Shown here: positions 31,695 to 35,163 of the stretch, piece after piece
How positions within the stretch are numbered: position 1 is the stretch's first letter
Layout: each line of letters starts with the position of its first letter
NCBI GenBank assembly: GCA_023443705.1
Contig: JAEZTD010000250.1
Location: 1-35,163 of the forward strand
Length of the DNA: 35,163 nucleotides
Direction of reading: 5' to 3'
Origin: Bacillota bacterium
Lineage (GTDB): Bacteria > Bacillota > Clostridia > Christensenellales > Aristaeellaceae
Translations under genes and position numbers: made by a program
The notes under the pieces: generated by a model
The model's database searches: none
The model's input: the letters and a program-made list of their open reading frames with translations, nothing else
What the model was told of the DNA's origin: nothing

Positions 31695-32546
31695 ATGAAA
31701 TCTCTGACCGACAGCTACGTTTTGAATAACGGCGTCAAGATTCCTTGCGTCGGCTTTGGCACCTGGCAGACGCCGGATGGGGAAGTCGCGGTTTCGTCCG
31801 TCAAGGCCGCCATCGACGCGGGCTACCGCCACATCGACACCGCCGCAGCCTACGGCAACGAGGAGGGCGTCGGCAAGGGCATCCGCCTGAGCGGCGTCAG
31901 GCGCGAGGAGCTGTTCATCACAACGAAGCTGTGGAACGACGACCACGGCTACGAATCCACCCTCAAGGCCTTCGACCGCTCCATGAACAACCTGGGCCTT
32001 GATTACCTCGACCTGTACCTGATCCACTGGCCCAACCCGCCCAAGTTCCGCGACCGCTGGCAGGCGATCAACAAAGAGACGTGGAAGGCGATGGAAGAGC
32101 TCTACGAGGCCGGCAAGATCCGCGCCATCGGCATCTCCAACTTCCGCCCCCACCACATCGATGCGCTGATGGAGACCGCCAAGGTCACGCCCGCCGCCAA
32201 CCAGATCCGCCTCTGCCCCGGCGACATTCAGGAGGACGTGGTGGCGGCCAGCCGCAAGCACGGAATGATCCTCGAGGCCTACAGCCCGCTGGGCGTGGGC
32301 AAGATTTTCGAGGTGCCGGAGGTTAAGGCGCTGGCGGAGAAGTACGGAAAGAGCGTGGCGCAGGTCTGCATCCGCTGGAGCCTTGAGCGCGGCTACCTGC
32401 CGCTGCCCAAGTCCGTCACCGCGGAGCGCATCGCGGAAAACGCCAAGGTGTTCGACTTTGAACTGGACGAAGAGGACATCGAGATGCTGGCAAACCTGAC
32501 CGGCGTGTGCGGTTTCTCCACCGACCCGGACACCGCGACGTTCTGA
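31695..32546 (+). CDS. aldo/keto reductase
   Basis: AGGAGG lies 7 nt before the ATG at 31695. NNGVKIPCVGFGTWQ...GYRHIDTAAAYGNE...LDYLDLYLIHWP is classic AKR sequence. Confidence 0.9.
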   Translation: MKSLTDSYVLNNGVKIPCVGFGTWQTPDGEVAVSSVKAAIDAGYRHIDTAAAYGNEEGVGKGIRLSGVRREELFITTKLWNDDHGYESTLKAFDRSMNNLGLDYLDLYLIHWPNPPKFRDRWQAINKETWKAMEELYEAGKIRAIGISNFRPHHIDALMETAKVTPAANQIRLCPGDIQEDVVAASRKHGMILEAYSPLGVGKIFEVPEVKALAEKYGKSVAQVCIRWSLERGYLPLPKSVTAERIAENAKVFDFELDEEDIEMLANLTGVCGFSTDPDTATF

Positions 32547-32818
32547 TCATACTACCGCGTTCTAATCATATACCATTTGTGTGCGCCCGGAGCATTTCGC
32601 TTCGGGCGTTTAGGCTATAAACAGATTCTTTGCACAAACCAAATCGTCCCCGGTGGCGTGGAAATTGGACGCGCGATGTGCGTCCCTACGAAGGACGCCG
32701 AGCAGCGGCGCCACCCAATCCCTGTCGTTCCTTCAAATCGTTCCCGGCGGCGTGTACGGCGGTAACGGTTCTCGTAGCCAGTGCGCACACCGGCGGAGGA
32801 AACGATTCCTTTAAGTAA

Positions 32819-32851
32819 GGAAGACTGAACCCCAAAGTGGTTCAGTCTTCC
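32819..32851. terminator. 13-bp perfect hairpin downstream of the isomerase/kinase operon
   Basis: GGAAGACTGAACC-ccaaagt-GGTTCAGTCTTCC lies about 70 nt after the stop at 32920. No clear U-tract is present. Confidence 0.45.
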
Positions 32852-32919
32852 GAAGTATCCCGTTCCCACGTGTCAAAATGTCCGCAGGAGATTTGGACGC
32901 AAGCGCGTCAGCGCAATCG

Positions 32920-34323
32920 TTAGCTGTGCCTGTAGATCTCCCACCCCATGTAGTTGGAGAGCGCCTCTTCCAGCACATCCGCGCACTCAGCCTGGGTCAG
33001 CGCCACATGGTGCTCGTAGCCGTTTTTGGTCAGGTGGCGCATCAGGCCGCTCAGGTTCTCCACCTCGCACACCGCCACGCCGCCGAAGGTGGGGAGGGGG
33101 TCGTCGGTAAAGCGTCCCTCGCCGAGATAGCCCTTGACGACGCCGCGCCGGTCGTCGGTGGAGAGCTTGAGGTAGGTCATCTTTGCCGGGCGCACGCGGC
33201 CCTTCAGCGCGCCGAAGGACACATCCGCGCCCAACGTGGTGGCGAGGATGTCCAGGTTCGCGATCTCCGGCTTTTCCTCAAACGCGCAGGCGGGGTAGTT
33301 CGAGCAGTGGACGTTGATGCACTTGTCCGGCTCGTCTTTATAGTTGTTGTTCCAGTCCTGATAGATCGGCGGAACGCCGGAGGCGTTCAGGAGCGCCAGC
33401 ATCGAAACGGCGCCCATCACATCGGTCTCGCAGGCGCTGGGACGGCCCTTTTCGCCCATCATGCTCATGCCCAGGCACATCGCGCAGCCGTAGTTGGCCT
33501 CCACGCTGTCCCAGCACTGGATCGCGCTGGCGGTGCAGCGGTGGGCGGCCATCCAGTCCTCAACGGCGAGGATCAGCTTTGCCTGGCGCTCCAGCTTTTC
33601 CTGGGTGCCGCAGGGCGCGACGTTGCCGTAGGCGCGAATCTCCGCGACCTTCTGGTCGATGCGGGCGCGGTCCGTCATTTCGTTCGCGTCGGCGAGAATT
33701 TCGGAAAAGTCCTCGGTCTCGACGGTAATCCCGCTCAATTGCAAGAGCTTTTCGGAATAACGCACGGTGCGGAAGGGCGTGACGCGGGCGCCGATCTGGC
33801 CGATGCGGGCGGTTTTCAATGCCTTGACCACCCGGCAGACGCCCGCGAAGAATGCAACATCTTTTTTGAATGCTTCGGACAGAATCGCGCAGGTGTGGCG
33901 GCTGGTCAGCGTGTACTTGATGCCGTACTGGTAGAGGTTGTTGCACAAGGACAGCTTGCCGCAGAACGCGTCGCGGCGGTTTTCCAGCTGCAGCTTGTCA
34001 AAGTCGTCGTCGCAGGCCTGGATGAGGATTGGACAGTCGAGCTTCGACATCCGCATCGCGTCGGCGATGCCGGCTTCCTCGCCGAAGTTGGGAAGGCAGA
34101 TGATCACGCCGTCGATCTCGTCCGCGTGGGTGCGGAAGAGCTTCGCGCACTTCTCGGCCTCCTCATAGCTCATGGTCTCGCCCATGTTGGTGTCCTCGGT
34201 GGACAACGTGACGACTTTGTGGCCCCAGGATTCGAGGGAGCTTAAAAGCTGCTCCCGGGCGGTCAGCACCAAGTGATCCGGGAAGAAGGAGCGGTTGGAG
34301 ATCAGAACGCCAAAGGTAGCCAT
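32920..34323 (-). CDS. L-fucose/L-arabinose isomerase-family protein
   Basis: MATFGVLISNRSFFPDHLV...GVIICLPNFGEE...DAFCGKLSLCNNL is typical of the FucI-like family. AGGAGG lies 7 nt before the ATG at 34321-34323. Confidence 0.85.
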   Translation of the reverse strand: MATFGVLISNRSFFPDHLVLTAREQLLSSLESWGHKVVTLSTEDTNMGETMSYEEAEKCAKLFRTHADEIDGVIICLPNFGEEAGIADAMRMSKLDCPILIQACDDDFDKLQLENRRDAFCGKLSLCNNLYQYGIKYTLTSRHTCAILSEAFKKDVAFFAGVCRVVKALKTARIGQIGARVTPFRTVRYSEKLLQLSGITVETEDFSEILADANEMTDRARIDQKVAEIRAYGNVAPCGTQEKLERQAKLILAVEDWMAAHRCTASAIQCWDSVEANYGCAMCLGMSMMGEKGRPSACETDVMGAVSMLALLNASGVPPIYQDWNNNYKDEPDKCINVHCSNYPACAFEEKPEIANLDILATTLGADVSFGALKGRVRPAKMTYLKLSTDDRRGVVKGYLGEGRFTDDPLPTFGGVAVCEVENLSGLMRHLTKNGYEHHVALTQAECADVLEEALSNYMGWEIYRHS

Positions 34324-34334
34324 ATTATTTCCTC

Positions 34335-35163
34335 CTATCTTGCGCGTCGCACGGCGTCGGCCCACTGAAAGCGCAGGGCCCTGCGCGCATCCTCCGCCAT
34401 TTCGGGCGCGTATTCCGCGGCCGGGGCGGATTCAATGAAGTCGCCGAAGATGCCCGATGCCTGGCCGCTCATAAGCCCGGCGCCCATCGCCGTCAGATCC
34501 GGATGGGCGGCGACCTTCACGCGGCAGGGGGTCAGGTCGGCCTGCATCTGCATCAGGAGCTTGTTGACCGTGCCGCCGCCGTCGGCGGAAAGCACCGAGA
34601 CCGGCGCTTTGAGGTCCCGCGCCATCGCGTCCAGCACGTCGGCGTTTTGCTGGGCGATGGAGATTAGCGCCGCCCTCGCCACGTGGGCGCGGGTGGTGCC
34701 GCGGCTGAGCCCGGAAAGGATCGCCCGTGCGGCGGTGTCGAAGTACGGCGCGCCGAGTCCGGAGAACGCCGGCACCAGCTGCACGCCGCCGGTGTCCGGC
34801 ACGGTTTCCGCCAGACGGTCGAGGGTTGCGAGGTCCGGGAACAGCTCCAGCTGATCCCGGAGCCACACCAGCGTGTCCGCGGAGCAGGTAATGTTGCCCT
34901 CCAGCACGTAGCACACGCGGCCCTTCGCGCCGTAGCCCACTGAAGAAGAAAGGCCGGAGGTCGAGCGCACGGGCGACGCGCCCACGTTCATCATGATCGA
35001 CGAGCCGGTGCCGTAGCTGGTCTTGACCATGCCCGCCGCGTGGCAGCCCTGGCCGTACAGCGAGGCGTGGCTGTCGCCCAGGACGCCCGTGATCGCGATC
35101 CCCTCGGGGATGCCCGGCACGTTCGTAAAGCCGAAGGCGGCGTCCGAATGCCGGATCTCCGGC
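34335..35163 (-). CDS. FGGY-family carbohydrate kinase, C-terminal part (N-terminus outside window)
   Basis: The frame is open to the window edge. GDSHASLYGQGC...KTSYGTGSSIMMN...ADGGG matches the FGGY C-domain. Confidence 0.85.
   Translation of the reverse strand, partial: PEIRHSDAAFGFTNVPGIPEGIAITGVLGDSHASLYGQGCHAAGMVKTSYGTGSSIMMNVGASPVRSTSGLSSSVGYGAKGRVCYVLEGNITCSADTLVWLRDQLELFPDLATLDRLAETVPDTGGVQLVPAFSGLGAPYFDTAARAILSGLSRGTTRAHVARAALISIAQQNADVLDAMARDLKAPVSVLSADGGGTVNKLLMQMQADLTPCRVKVAAHPDLTAMGAGLMSGQASGIFGDFIESAPAAEYAPEMAEDARRALRFQWADAVRRAR

Noticed and set aside
32547-32818. Small ORFs (32577..32765, 32630..32818, 32615..32869) and a hairpin (about 32589-32610) lie in the gap after the aldo/keto reductase gene.
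   Set aside because: The ORFs overlap one another in different frames, have no RBS and give Arg/Pro-rich translations. The hairpin is most simply the reductase terminator. Nothing else stood out.

Overview
The window looks like a high-GC, Clostridia-like anaerobe chromosome; that lineage call is inferred from gene content only, and no database search was possible. The core is interrupted at about 19.7-28.6 kb by visibly AT-richer accessory DNA anchored on a tRNA-Ala(CGC) gene.

Core genes:
- Left of the island: pyruvate kinase 3' end, a nitroreductase, and a secreted Big_2/NlpC-P60-like protein. These are followed by a translationally coupled uxaB-uxaC-uxaA hexuronate operon.
- Next: an FMN-binding exported protein that contains a 2 x 645-bp internal tandem duplication. 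Then comes the [FeFe]-hydrogenase maturation operon (TM1266-type regulator, hydG, hydE, hydF).
- Next: EamA transporter plus MBL hydrolase, then a Gfo/Idh/MocA oxidoreductase, TIM-barrel sugar isomerase and AraC regulator.
- Right of the island: a WYL/YafY regulator, a GyrI-like protein, a broken YoaP-like GNAT gene, and a MerR regulator with an aldo/keto reductase. The window ends with a FucI-family isomerase and a partial FGGY kinase.

Accessory region:
- A roughly 6.5-kb tyrosine-integrase element (about 22034-28502) sits in the 3' half of tRNA-Ala. It has arm-type repeats, a GTTAAKGC iteron cluster, an XRE switch region, and otherwise only unrecognisable small genes.
- Next to it lies a decayed, collinear relative (about 20153-21983), which suggests tandem accretion at the same tRNA.
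- The two elements share conserved blocks (R1, R2) that bracket different cargo genes.

Most unusual signal: a 208-nt highly structured repeat is present twice (954-1160 and 21753-21960). Each copy sits directly against a Rho-independent terminator hairpin, and about 18 nt of that hairpin is repeated on its far side. A paralogous unoccupied site lies at 28478-28500. I could not assign this repeat to any RNA or mobile-element family I know.

All coordinates, repeats and structures were read by eye. All family names are recognition-based and unverified.
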